In this document: in pieces, positions 1 through 43,700 of the stretch | Numbering within the stretch: the first letter of the stretch is position 1 | How the letters are laid out: each line of letters starts with the position of its first letter | Assembly: GCA_951804945.1 (NCBI GenBank) | Contig: OX638151.1 | Span: 33,356,001-33,420,000 of the forward strand | Length of the DNA: 64,000 bases | Reading direction: 5' to 3' | Origin: Podarcis cretensis | Lineage: Eukaryota | Translations under genes and position numbers: made by a program | Notes under the pieces: generated by a model | Database searches by the model: none | Seen by the model: the letters and a program-made list of their open reading frames with translations, nothing else | Told to the model about the DNA's origin: nothing

Positions 1-307
1 CAGGTGCAACCCAGGTTTGCTTGCCACCCCCCTCTGCCTTGCATTTCCTCTTAAGAGATGATTCTGTCTGCTGAAAGTTGAGTAATTTTTCTAAAGCAGA
101 AAATCCTAGCTTAAAAGTGGAACACTGGACTAGACTGTGCTCTACTAATCTCCCGAACCAAACAGTCTGACCTGGTTTAGTGGAGTTTCCTATGTTTCTT
201 TGCAAAAATTTTTGGCAGCTAGTTAAAAACATAATTAAAACAGAAATACAAATTAAAACAGAGCAGCATCAGAAGAAAAACCAAACAAACAAATCAGTTC
301 AGTACAC

Positions 308-460
308 ATGAAGCTGCCTTATATTGAGTCAGATCATTGGTCAATCTAGCTCTGACTGGCAAGTGGGTCTTCAGGGATCCAGACAGATGTCCTTCCTAAC
401 TACCTGGAGATGCAAAAGATTGAATCCAGGCCCTTTTGCATGCAAAGCAGATGCTTTATA
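308..460 (-). mobile_element. tRNA-headed SINE with CR1-like tail; other copies at ~2338-2485(-), 12445-12570(+), 19688-19845(+), 30730-30875(+), 50012-50108(+)
   Basis: Shared blocks agcatctgctttgcatgca / ggttcaatccctggcatctcc / actgagctagatggacc...ctgactcagtataaggcagcttcc. Confidence 0.7.
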
Positions 461-1010
461 GTATACTCGTCACAAGTGCTGCAGTGCACAACTCCTCTGA
501 GTTTAAAAGGAAAAGAGCTGAACCTCCAACACTCTGCAGCACAGTCAGTGGACCTGAGACTGTATTGACTCACTAACTTTGGAGGTGAATCTCTCTCAAC
601 TCCCCTCCAAGTTGATGCGAGTTGGATTTTTTGGGGGGTGTGTGTATAGGTAACCACATCAATGAGGGGTAAGCATGGGAGCTAAACACCATCAGTGAAG
701 GGAGTTCTACCTTGTAGCGAGTTCCAAAATTCTGGTTGAGATGGTGCTTTCTTGAGTTCTTTCCAATAGCCCTTCAGATGTTGGAGGGATAGAGAAGAGG
801 CTCTGGACGAACTCTGAGTCTAGGCAGGTGATCTTTCAGGTAGTCTTGTCCCAAGCCGCTATAGGCTTTATAGGTCACACCCAGCACTTTCAGAATGATT
901 GGGTGCCAGTGTACCCCTATAGAGCTGGCCCTAATAGTACTTAAATTTTATTTTTAAAATTTTGTATTTGTACTCATGGTGCAACATTCTTTTCTTATCT
1001 TGTGTATGTG

Positions 1011-1040
1011 AGGGAGGGAGGGAGGGAGGGAGGGAGGGAG
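1011..1040 (+). repeat. (GGGA)n microsatellite
   Basis: Directly visible. Confidence 0.9.
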
Positions 1041-1540
1041 AGAAAGAAATAGTGTAATCCAGATGCTGTAACTGCATCAGGGACCAGATCACCCACTCCC
1101 ACCCACCTAAAGAGATCTACCACTAACAAATTATACCAGACATAACTAAGTAACTGGTACAGCTTGGGGAATTACTTAGTGCAGGAAATGGATGTTGTGT
1201 ATTCTGTGATTTGAAGACATCGACGCCAGAATCAAAATTCTATACTTGGTCAAACGGAAATATTCAAGCTGTTTAATTTAGACAAATTATGCAACCTTTC
1301 TAAATTTGTGCATGTTCCACACAACCCTTGCACTTCTGCCTTCAAACAACAAAAAATCATCTTCTTTCTTCCAGCTTGGCTTCTGTGACGTCATCAGACG
1401 TTGGTTGTCAGGCTAATTTATCTAGCTCTAAAAGTTAGAGGCATGGTAGCAACTAGGATTGATCTGGATGTGATCTCACACGTTCATAAGTAATTACCGA
1501 ACTAGTATTGTTGAACAGAATGGGACTTAGTTCTTTGTAG

Positions 1541-32208
<30,668 letters not shown>

Positions 32209-33320
32209 TAGCACAGAACTGTTGAATGTCCCCTTGGGTTTATGGCCAATCACCAAGGTTCTAGCAAACCACAGTGCGGTGTCTTCTCTCTCATACCCCC
32301 CAGAACAACAGCAGCCTGGCTCCTGGAAGCAGAATACTAAGGACAGTGTTGTTCTTTTGTTGGACTTTTCTCCTCCACTTTACACTCACCTGATTCCCTG
32401 TGTAGCCTCTTTTTACAGGAAAATGGTTGTAGCCTAATGTAGGGATTGTGAGGGAAAGTTAGGCAGCTCTGTATCTCACTGTCCCAGGTATCAGCTCTCT
32501 TTTTCAGATTTTAATACTGATAGCTGTGTACCAATTTGTTTTTTTATTGAAAACAAAACAAAGCAAGGGGTGGTGGAAAGAGAACCAAAACAAGTTGGCA
32601 TTGAAATCGTATTGTAGTTCTCCAAATGTCTGTGGTTTCTCCCCCCACCCTTTTTTCATAGGTCCTTTAATTTTTCTTCTTCTAAGGCAGGATACAAATG
32701 GTTTCATACTATGAAGTTTAGATTGCCAACACAACTCACAAGAGAATACTATTTTTGTATGATGCTTGCTGGGAATCCATAAAGGTTGGGATCTCCTGAT
32801 GGTGCAGTGTAAGATGTGTACATAGCCTATTTTATGCCTTCAGTCTCTTAAGTTTTCAAGGAAAGTGAATATTTCCAAGGATCTGATAGAAAGTGGTGCA
32901 GTGGCGTATGTAGAATGCCCTACTTTCAAATGTGGCAGCCGTCTGATTCTCTTGAGCTGAATGTATATGCAATGTAGTTAATGGGGTTCTCTCGTTAAAT
33001 GGAGAATTAGAGAAGCCAAAGCTCTTAACTGTGGCATTTATAGAAACCCAGCAGTGAAGCTGAACTATCTCCACCTTCATGCCTGCATCTTTGTAATGCA
33101 ACCTTTGATGGGCGTGGGGAGATTGATACTGCTGTGTTATCAGTGGTGTTTCAAGATTTTGTTGGAAAGCATAATATACATTAAAGTAGCTGAACGCACA
33201 ACTTTAAGCAATTGGAGGCAACTCGGCAAATGTATTTTGGGAGGGGGTTTTTTGTACAACAGTTAGTTGTAGCTGTACAACTTTCAACCAATTTCCAATA
33301 AAGAAGTGCTTGTGCAGAAG
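32209..33320 (+). other. COQ8A: COQ8A 3'UTR (approximate end)
   Basis: Runs from the stop codon to AATAAA at 33297-33302. Confidence 0.65.
33297..33302 (+). terminator. COQ8A polyadenylation signal AATAAA
   Basis: Canonical hexamer with several upstream TGTA (CFIm-type) motifs and a GT-rich downstream stretch. Confidence 0.7.
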
Positions 33321-36300
33321 GTGGCTTGGCTGTTGTTTACTAAGCTGGAAGCAGCAGCAAGTGTATGGGTACTTTTTCACTTCTGCTTACTCTGATTCTG
33401 TTCCAGTAATAATGCCTCTTAAGTACTTTGTTTCATAAGCACTATATTCTGCTGACAATTTTAGTTTTCACCTTTAAAGCAGGGAAGCAGTATCTGGCTG
33501 GGCAGACAATAGAAGTTATCCTATAACTCAAAAGAGATCTTCCATCTCCACCCATGGTGGAAGTGCAGTGGTGAAGATGATGATTAGAGACAAGTTACAG
33601 CAGATTGTATTGGACTGGTAAATTATGGGAATGTCATGCAGTTGTGCCGTAAGAATTTATAAATCCTTCCTTGTTGGCTTATGCTCAGCCCATGGTATTC
33701 AGGGAATGCCTCTGAATGTAACGGTCCAGTTTAGCAGCCATGGCTGCTTATCCTCCATTATTTCATTCAAATCTTGGGGAGATGCATTTCGTAAATTGTG
33801 TGTTGCATGAAGAAGTATGTTGAATCAATTTCTGTGTTTGACCCTGAATTCCAGTTTACACAAGCAAGGGCAAAATTTCCTTGGCACCATTTGGCCCTAT
33901 TCGTTCAAATAACGAGACATTTAGCAAGTCAGGTGTGTGGACAACTATCACCTGTGTTTTTGGGAGGTTATTAACCATCCAAATGCAAACCATTACAAAA
34001 GAGGAGTTGTTGTTAAGATTTTATGAATTGGCCCAAATTGTGTGGCACACTGTTCCATGCAAGTGGTTCATAATACAGCTTCTCTTACCTTTTTGCATGA
34101 TGAGCGCCCCCTTATTTGACATGCTGCATGTAGGAATGCTAGTTAGATGATGGCAAGAATGCAGGAAGTTTACTTACTTGCCCCTATTGTTCGATTAGTT
34201 CCTAGTGCTGCTCTTTGTTTATAAGCTTCACATTTGAGATGCAAGCCCCCTTTAGGAGTTACTTGTGTGATGGACCTGTTTAGAGCCCTGCCTGCCAGAG
34301 CTGCACAACACCTCCTACTGTTGCCATGTTGGTGCATTGCTTGAGGCCAGGAGCCTGCTCTACAGGTGGTGCCACCTTGGGTGATTTATAACCCTCTGCA
34401 ATTAGGGTTTTCAACTGCACAGAAAGCCTCACAGAGCAGGAGTTAGGTCTCTGCATGCATGGCGATGGTGGGAGTTGTGCCGCCTTGGCAGGCAGGGCTC
34501 AAATACCCAACCCCCTTGCATGCATATAGAGGACTGTAGCGAACTTACTTTTTCCTCTGGGCTGCTCTTTGCAGTTGTGCTCTGTTAACTTCATTTAAAA
34601 TTTGACTTTATGAGAAGAATAACTGAAATCTGTATCCTTTTAAGCTTCTATATTTAATTACAGTTAAAATGTTGGCTGATCTGGCATGTAAACCATTTGT
34701 CGTTTGACATATTCAAACTAGAAAATGCTCTTTACACTTTGATTCTCCAAAAAAACCCAACGTTTTAAAGTATGTAATTTGGAGGGGGGTGGCGAAGGTG
34801 AAATATGAAGAGATGGTTAAAGCACTGATAAAAAGTATAAAAAGCTGACAAGGGGACTTGTTGCGCCAAACACATTGGATGCCAGTTGAGAGCCTGATTG
34901 AGCAGATGTAAAACAGCAGCTATGGATAAGCAAAAATCGTCACGGAAAGGATACCTATTAAACCCAGTTTACACAAAAGGTCACTTGAAGGATTTCATTC
35001 CTGTATTGGAAAGCCGACTGCTTCCTGTGTCTGAGCAGCCCTATCTTTATGTTCACCTAATCCTCTTTGTAGGGAAGTCGGAGGGAGTTCTCACTAAACT
35101 GCAAAGATGTTAAAATCATTCTTTAAAATCCCTGAAGGCTGTGAGCTTTATAACTGCCTCAAAAGCAGGGCAGGAAAAAACCCACTAAAACCTCTACCTC
35201 AAATCCAGTTCCAGTAGGGTTTCCACACTGAGCTATTATAAAAAGTAATTTGCATGGAAAGACTTTCTGATCAAGGCATCTGCCGTCTGGGAATTGCTTT
35301 TTTCAGGAAGTTGGATTCTGTCTTAACCCAGCTAATGTCAAGGGCAAATGAAAAAATAAGAGGTTGTAGAAGTGCTATTATAGAGGTATTGCCAACCACG
35401 CATTAGCTGTGCTGTTTCTTTTGTAAAAAGGAGTTTCCTGGGGAAAACACATCAGAAATCAGCCAAAAAGGAAAGACCACAAAAACTTCAGTGTGAAACG
35501 ACTCCGTGTTGTTAAGTTATCTTTGGAACTAGGCAACATTAACAAGGAGTTTTTCTCCGCTGAGGATGGAAGAGAAGGAAGTCTAAAGGAATAACCACAC
35601 AAAGCTATGTGTGGTTAAATCCACTGATTGCATCCAATCAATGGACTTCACTGTGGAGTTAAGTGTGCCTGATTTTGTGCTGAATAAAATCAGACCCTTC
35701 ATGTCGTGACTATCACATGAGGACCATTATGTGCGCCACTCACAGACCCTTTTGCACAAGCAAGTGTGGGATGTGATGTACCCTTCCCAACCAGTAGCTG
35801 TGGCTGTAGGGGTGGAGCATTCTGAAAAGCAAACACTGCATCCTTTCTCTGTGACTCTGGAATCAGAAAAACCACGAAGCTTCTGAACAGGAAGTCATGT
35901 GGCAGAAGGTTCTTAATGAAAAGCTCAGTTTTCTGTTCAAGAGGAGTTCTATCTTGTGCATTTGAAAGCTACTTACCACAACCTGCTTTTTATTTTAATT
36001 CATTTCTGCTGCCCTTCCTCTCTAATGGTTGGGGCCTGGTTTGTAGAATGCGGTCCTCCTAATCGCCTTCAAGGTTTGAGTTTCCCCCAAACCCAGTGTA
36101 TTCCTTCTGCATCTCCTAGCTTAGGCCTCCCCATAGCTGTATCATTGTTGATGGGTGTGATGACTCATGGCTTGAAGCAGCTAGATGCAGGGAAAGCAAT
36201 CCCAAAGGAAACTACCTGCTGAAAGGAACAAAACTTTCAATTGCTGAAATTATGTGACTACCCCATCATATCCCCTGTAGCCCCGCTAGCCTCATAAGAG

Positions 36301-36334
36301 TCTGGTGGGGTAGGAAAAAAGACAAACCATCTGT

Positions 36335-39300
36335 ATTTCTAATAGTTCCCTGTTTTATTGCAATACATCAAAGTAGGTTAATATTAAGTGTTACCAACAT
36401 AAAATATTGGTGACCTGTCATTTATTACATCATTGACTGATTCACCTTAAATATTTCTGTGCAATAGACTCTACATCATTGTTCTGGAGCAGAGAATCTC
36501 TTACAATGTCCTCTACAACATTGAGGGCATAAATCAAAAATAAGAGAAGAGTGAGAAGAGGCAAAAAGCAGAAATCTTTCCCCCACACGCACACTTGTCA
36601 GCTTTTATACTCTAAAACAAAACAAAAAAGTGATTACATCTAGGCCATGCAAAACTGTACAATAATATTACAATGGAAAAAAAAACCCTAAAAATATATT
36701 TTTAAAAAATAAATGATATGAAACCATCATACATAAAAAGGCAGGTATAATTACTGTGAAATACCAACACTGTTTTTGGTTGTGGATTGCTTCCTCATGA
36801 GTGAAAAAAATTCTTATGTAGGATGGGAGCATTTATAGAATGAAGAAGACAAGGTGACAAGTCATGTGGAATTGCCTTAATGCACAACATGGTCATAGAA
36901 GTTGAAAATCTACAGCATATTTGATCTCTGAAGGCCCCTTGTAGACTAGTTAGAAGCTCAGAACCCTATTCCAGGAAAAGCCTGATGACTGTGATTTTGG
37001 AATGAAACAGGCTTGTGCCCTTATTAGCCTCTAGGCACAAAGCCTTATTGCACTGGGCTAAACTTTTGTCATGAGCCTCTCAGTGACATTCACCCTGAGG
37101 CATATGCACTTCCTATGGTCTCCAAACAGGGCACCTGTATATGGAACGTAGGTTGGAGAGAGGTAACTTTCACACCTGTGGTGAAACGGTGTAAGGCTAA
37201 GAAAATCCCAACAAGCCTGATTTCAGATTCCCAATTTCTTTATGACTCTGCAGGTGGGAAAAAGAATTTGAGGCCCTGTTTACTGCGCACTGGCTAAAAA
37301 AAGACACAGATAATTTTCTCACAGTCGAGACCTTAAAACTGCCACCCTGAATCCAATCACCTACCCAGGTTTGCATCATTTCAGTACAAAAACTTAGTTG
37401 TGCTCAGGGTACATCCTCTGGTGAACCTCATGCCCAAAATACATTATTGCATTCCATGCTTATCGTGTGAAGACATCCTGCTGCGTTCAAATACCTGAGA
37501 GCGTAACACAAATATCAACTGTATTTCCCCCCCTCCCCGCGCAAAACCAAAACTGTTCTAAAAAAAAAAAAAAATTCAGGTTAGGAACACGAAACAACAC
37601 ACAAATCAACTTTTAAGAAGCCAGCGAATGAGACTGCTTCAGCAGTATAAAAATGGATATTATGACAGGAATGTGTTTTGAAAAGAAAAAAGTAATGATA
37701 TGTATAATAACATAACGGAGCTGTACAATCTGAGGTTCGTTTACAATCAACACCTGATTTATTGAGCCTCAAGAAATGGGCTAAAAGCGTAAAGAGGCAA
37801 TGACTGAGGTGTCTGAATTAGCCCAGTTGGGGAAATAATAGCCTCAAACTATGTACACAAAGGTGTCATCAGATGAGTCAGGATTCAACTAGAGACTATG
37901 AAAGTGCTTGGAGAAATGTAATCAGGTGTGCCTGGAAACTGAGCAATGCCTATCAGCAAAGCTAAACTTCACCAGCCAACCATTTCAGAGATATGTTTTC
38001 AATTCTGCCAATGCTCAAATGTGTCCATAATGTACTAGGAATGCATCCTAGGTCAGCATGAAAAGAAGAATACTTTTAATGTGTGAAATGGGCCAACGTG
38101 TAAAATGTAACTCTTGGGATGCTAATTTCTTCTCATTCTAGACAGGTGCCGCCTTGTCTAATTTTCTTTCTCAGATGGAGCACAGATCAATTGCCACAGG
38201 ACCTTGCAAGGATGTCTAAGGTAACTCCTGAAGTGGATAATCGCTTGGGCCTACTGTGGATTTCAAGCCCTGGCAGCCTTAATCAGATAACCTATTTCCC
38301 ACTAGTTGTATTTCAGAAATAACTAAGTCCAATCTCTTCACAAGTGTATAGAACGGTGGGTGGGCATGAGTGATAATATCACAGGGTGGAAGAGAAGTAG
38401 AACCTTTTAGTAGCCAATGCTGAATAAGTAGTCAATGGATTTTAAACTATGCCTGTCCTTGTGCTCTTAGACATGCTAATTTCCTGCTCAGCAAAACTGT
38501 CAAAACTGGCCGCTATGAAATGCAATTTGCAACCTGTGACAACAAAACACACATCATCAACTTGGAGATTCTTGACAAGCCAAATTCCACAGACAGGATT
38601 AGGACACCATACGCAGTAGAAAAAAGCTGTGTCCCCCCCCCACCCACCCACAACTGTTCCCCCCAGTATAAAATAGCTAAATGGTAGCTTGGGGTGTGGC
38701 AGTCCACTTAATGCAGAAGAAGACACAGAACCAACAACTAGCAGACTCAATACAGCTAGATCATGAAAGACAACGCTCTGTATCTCAGAGTACTTCTAAA
38801 TCAGTACCTTGTATGGTGGTAGCTGACATTTTTCAGAGGGAACCTGGGAAACACCATTAGTTGCACTTTTGTTGTTTGGTTGGAATGGTTTGATGATAGC
38901 CATGAAGTGTTACCAAAACCCAGAAGACTAGAATTCTAAATTCAACACACACCACCATCCAAACTCTTATCCGCTTGAGCTTGGTCACATCATCAAGGTA
39001 GTAATGATCCCAAGGATTAGAAAAATCACATTCATCTAGTCTCAAATCGCAAACTGCACTCAACTTGTTCAAGAAGGAAAAGGAGGAGGCAAGTGGGCTT
39101 TTTCTATTGTTTTGTTCTTGCCCTCCATTTGCAGGTTGCACTGCTTGCTACTGTTTATTTAGGTGGTGATGGACCTCCACTGTCTGCTCTCTCCAGAGAG
39201 GAATGCTTTGCCCTGCCAAGTGCTTCTCTGTGGGATCCAACTGTCACAGTATTTCACGGCAATAATAGCACTAAACACACTAGGTCAGGCCCGGTGGGAG

Positions 39301-40631
39301 AGCAGGGATGACATAATAAACATCTTCGGAATAGGCGCCCTGAACCACCCGGCGTTCTAGCAAATTCTGAAGACCAACAGCACGTTATAGCCTTCAGTGA
39401 GCTAGAGCAGCAAGTTATATATTTAAAAGATTCTATTTCAAGACCAGCGCTGTTTGAATTTGCCTGATGTAGGCTGATCACTAAAATTTGGAAAGTCAAT
39501 TTACAAGCTAGTGGTTGCTGGTATTAATTGGCCAGATGGGTTTGGAAACCCTGCTCCAACCGTCCCAAAACTAGTTATCTCTTTGCACTGGCTTTGGCTG
39601 CATTTACTTCAGTTTTGCTTGGGGCTGAATACTGATTCTTTGCAAAACTGCCCTTGAGCTCACTTCAGGCTTGTCGACCAGCAGATCATGAGTTTTGCTT
39701 GTACAGTGAAGCAGACAGTAGAAGAGGGAGATATAGTTAAAAAGTGAGAATTATGGCTTTAGTTCATCTACTGACAAGAAGGTAATGTTACAGAGAACAT
39801 TGTGAGGATGGAATCTCCCTCCAGGCTGTTTTTATCCAGTGCCATGTTCTATATCCAGATCACATCCTCAATCCATAGATTATTTAGTATGAAAAAGGGA
39901 ACAACACAAGTCTTCTTAAATTAAAGGATCTCTTAAATAGGAATCCATCTTTCGCTGCATCACAATGCTTCTTCTTTTATTATATACATATGTACTAACT
40001 CTTAATTTTGCGTATTTACTTAAACTCTACTGTAGTAAAATATGCATCATTTCTTTTTAAATCAATAAGGATTTGCTGGCAACAATCAGATTGACATTCA
40101 AATAGAGTGGTTGCTGAAAGCGTGCGTTATCTGCCCCTGCAGGGCAAATTTTGCCCCATCACCAGAGATGGGTGGGTGTTGCTGTGCTAACTCTTGAAAA
40201 AAATACAATGAGATACTGTGTGCCTCAAAGCAAAATCTGGTTCTCTCTTTCAGATTCTGTTTTGGTCAGTCTAACACTATGTTTTGTTTGGAACAGTGGC
40301 ATGGTGTGGAATATACCCATAAAAATGGAAACAGCTGTAACCCTATGAAATAAAATAGATACTAATACAAATATACCAATATCTCTTGTATACCAACCCC
40401 TCCCCCACTCTGCCCTCCTCAAGGTTTTCTCTTGCTTGCTGCTACTTTTGAATCGGGGGGGGGGGGGAGCTTACGCTGCTTGTGTCAGAGAAGACAAGAT
40501 ATGCTCTCTTCCTCCCCTCCCTCCCCTAGTCTGCTTTTGGAGGGAAGCTGGGGGGCGATGACAGTGAGAGCAAACGGAGAGTCATGGGGACAGTAAGCTG
40601 CTGAGATGTAAAATCTGAGTGCTGAAGCAGT
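36335..40631 (-). other. CDC42BPA: CDC42BPA long 3'UTR (~4.3 kb, approximate end)
   Basis: TE-poor, AT-rich stretch from the stop codon to a minus-strand AATAAA at 36354-36359, followed by GT/T-rich sequence. Confidence 0.6.
36354..36359 (-). terminator. Distal CDC42BPA polyadenylation signal AATAAA
   Basis: tttatt on +; downstream on - is atggtttgtcttttttcc (GU/U-rich element). Confidence 0.6.
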
Positions 40632-40763
40632 TCATGTGTCCCAGCTTGCGTGGTCAGAGCTCTCCAGGGAGAGGCTCTTGGTCTTGTGAGGAGAGATGGG
40701 GCTGGGAGGACTGCTCAGGTTGGAGCTGTTAGAAGCTGTCGAATGCCTTGGAGAGTCAGAGTC
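40632..40763 (-). CDS. CDC42BPA: CDC42BPA terminal coding exon: [43 protein letters not shown]
   Basis: ctgcag|GAC ... TGA. Confidence 0.95.
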   Translation of the reverse strand, partial: DSDSPRHSTASNSSNLSSPPSPISPHKTKSLSLESSDHASWDT

Positions 40764-43700
40764 CTGCAGCCCAAAAAATGCAAGAGAACATATCAGTGAG
40801 CGGGAGCAGAAGAGGAAGGCCTGGGTGGGAGTAAGGGGAAAGGGACACCGAGGACAAGAACTGTCTGGAACCAAGTGACTGCCCTGTCCCGACACCCCAC
40901 GCCTTAGCACATGAGGGAGTGATACCAACTGCTCTAACTTCTCAAGAGAATGCATCTCATATTGCCTCCCAAGTACAGTGGCTGGGAGGGAACAAAACAC
41001 CAGAAGTTATTTTCTTGAAGTGCACCACTGAGGGCAGAGCTGGCCGGTGTCCACTTGGGGTTGGTAGGGCATATGGGAGAGAGACCAACAGTAGGTGCAG
41101 CCAGACTCCAGTTTTGTCCCCATCCTCCCTTGTGGAGTTGTACAAGGAGGAGGAAAGTTAGTAGGCAGTGCCACCACCTGGACTCCTTGTAAGGAAGAAG
41201 GCAGGGAAGTGTGGGCTAGCTGAGATTGAGATTGGTGGGGCAGCGCCCCATCTGCTCAAATGAACTGGCCTCCATTGATTCAGGGCTGATTCACATTTTG
41301 CCTCCATGCAAGCAATGCTCCCAAAGATGCATAAGAACATTTGCACATAGATCATTAGCACAACACCAGACAGACACCTGCCAGATATTAATGCAAATGT
41401 TGGATGAACTTGGAAAGGTGATTAATATTTTTGTTGCTTCTAATTGGTTTAAATGTTTTCCCCCTTCCGTTTGTTTTCTTTCTCTTGTTTCATGACTTGC
41501 AGGAGATTTGGCGGCGGTTTTGTACAAAGGGTATCACTCTGTGTTATTTGTTCTGACATGAACAACTCATATGGATTACTGTAGATCTTTTGCAAAACAT
41601 GCTGCAAAAAATACCTGAATGAAAACATCACTTTCATTGTGCAAACTGCCGCCAAGGACAGCAGTGTCTGTCACAGTCAAAGCAGCCACTGCTGAGGAGC
41701 GGCTGTATTCACAGGAAGCTTGATTCACAGAGACCTCTGCTGTGCGAATGCATCCTTGACTGCATCAACTGACCTCAAGGATAACAAAGCTGCTTGTGGA
41801 CTGGGCAGGACAGTGCCAGTATTCCTCCTTCGGCAACCAGCTGCCTTTATGGCCAGTTACTTCCTGCCCCTGTCAAATTCTACAAACTAACGTGAACCAA
41901 CATTCAGTAAAAATTCAGAATATAGATTTCCTTATTGCAAAACTAGTATAATAGAATATGGACAAAAGTCAAATTGATTTCAGTGGGAAAGTGAAGCACA
42001 TGTGAAAATATTTCCAGTGAAATCAGTGAGACTAAAAACTTAATTTTGCCTAGATTCATGCCCTGCTTGGTTACTTATTAGAGGCAGAAGTAATTCTCTT
42101 TGATGCATCACTAGCACTTCTTGTGCCAAAGGAAGAAAAATCTACAAGTGCTGCTAAAAAGTTTATTATCTAAATCCACAGTGTTTCAAGTCATACAGAC
42201 TCCTGCCTTGGGGATTTCTATCATATTTTAAATAGGAAAATACTTTTTCCTTCAGTAAAACCTGTGGTTATTCTTCCTGGGGTCACTGTCAGTGCAACAC
42301 TTCTCTATCCTTTTGTTTGAGCACAGCAGAGTAAAGAACTTGGGCTCTGTGGAGAGGCTTCCCTTGCCACCCCACCCCTCCCACGTCATACCCACCTCTC
42401 GCTCATAGTCCCTCGCTGGTGCATCACTGCCTTGGTCCAAACCGCCAGAGGACAAGGAGCCATCGGAAGGGGATGCCATTGGCTGACGCTTTGCTCCATA
42501 GCTACCTCCAGAGAATTCCCTCCGCAAAGCACTGCCATTTTGTGCAGATGATCCTAGGAAAGTACCCAGGGATTTAGCTACATAACAAATATGAAGGCAT
42601 TATAGCTGTACGCTCTAGTAATTGTTTTCCTGAAGCTAATTTTTGTTGAACTGCCTTCTTCCGTTTCCCAGCTGCATCCTCTGTAAATTATTTAACAATT
42701 ATTCATTGAAACACCCCCCCCCCAGCACCAATCTGGTTTTACACCGGGCCAAACCACCAATTATACTAAATGTGTAATTTGACTTCACAGTCTCTTGGTT
42801 GCTATTGTTTTAGTAGTGTTTTATTTGTATTTCTTCAAATTAATCCCCACCAAGGATTTCAACATAATAGGCGTTTTGCATCTTTAACAAACTTCATTTC
42901 TGCAAATAAGAATTCCTCTCATTTCCTTCCTACATACTATGTAACAAATAAAAACTATTCTATTTACTTGGGTATTCAGTGGTCTTCAGTTACTTTTATT
43001 TTACTGCTACTCTTGTTATATTGTTGGAATGTCAGTTTTTAATGAGAGTCTTATCGGCTGTGTTCTGCTAGATGTTAATATTGTTTTATGAGAAAAAACC
43101 AGTTGTAAGGTGCCTTGAAGTCTATGATTGGAAGGCAGGAGTCAAAGTATTTGAAACAAACAATATTCCCAATTTATTTTTCTGGTATTGGACATGTGCC
43201 AGATCTGTGTTGGTGTGGGGTACCTTACCAACACAAGCAGGGGACCATGCCAGCACCGGAGAGTTTCAAAAGTCACTTGTGACACCATGTTTCTTTGCCC
43301 CCCCCCCAGTCCAGTCATTTGTATATATGTGTTCGGACTCTGCATTATATGTTCGAGATAAGGTGCAGCAACTTACTTGCCGCCAAACCACTGCTGGCAC
43401 TCATGGAGCGTCCGGGTTCAGTGCGGGATTTTGTGATTGATGGAATACTGACAGAACCGCTAAACATGGTCCGACTTTCCTGAGGTCGAAGGTTCTGCAA
43501 AGAGAAACAGGAAAGAGGCAAAATCATTTACAGTGGAAATACCAAGGTTATCAAACTACAGTCCAAGCAAATGGTCAAACAATGCCTTGGTCTCCAGGTT
43601 ATCTAGGCGGCAAGTAGGCAAGACTGCAGAGGTTACTTTCTATAAATAAACACTGTGGATGGAACCACACAGAATGCCGTCAGCAGCAACTGCAAAATGC

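Noticed and set aside
1011-1040. G-quadruplex-capable (GGGA)n
   Set aside because: A common microsatellite with no contextual evidence of function.
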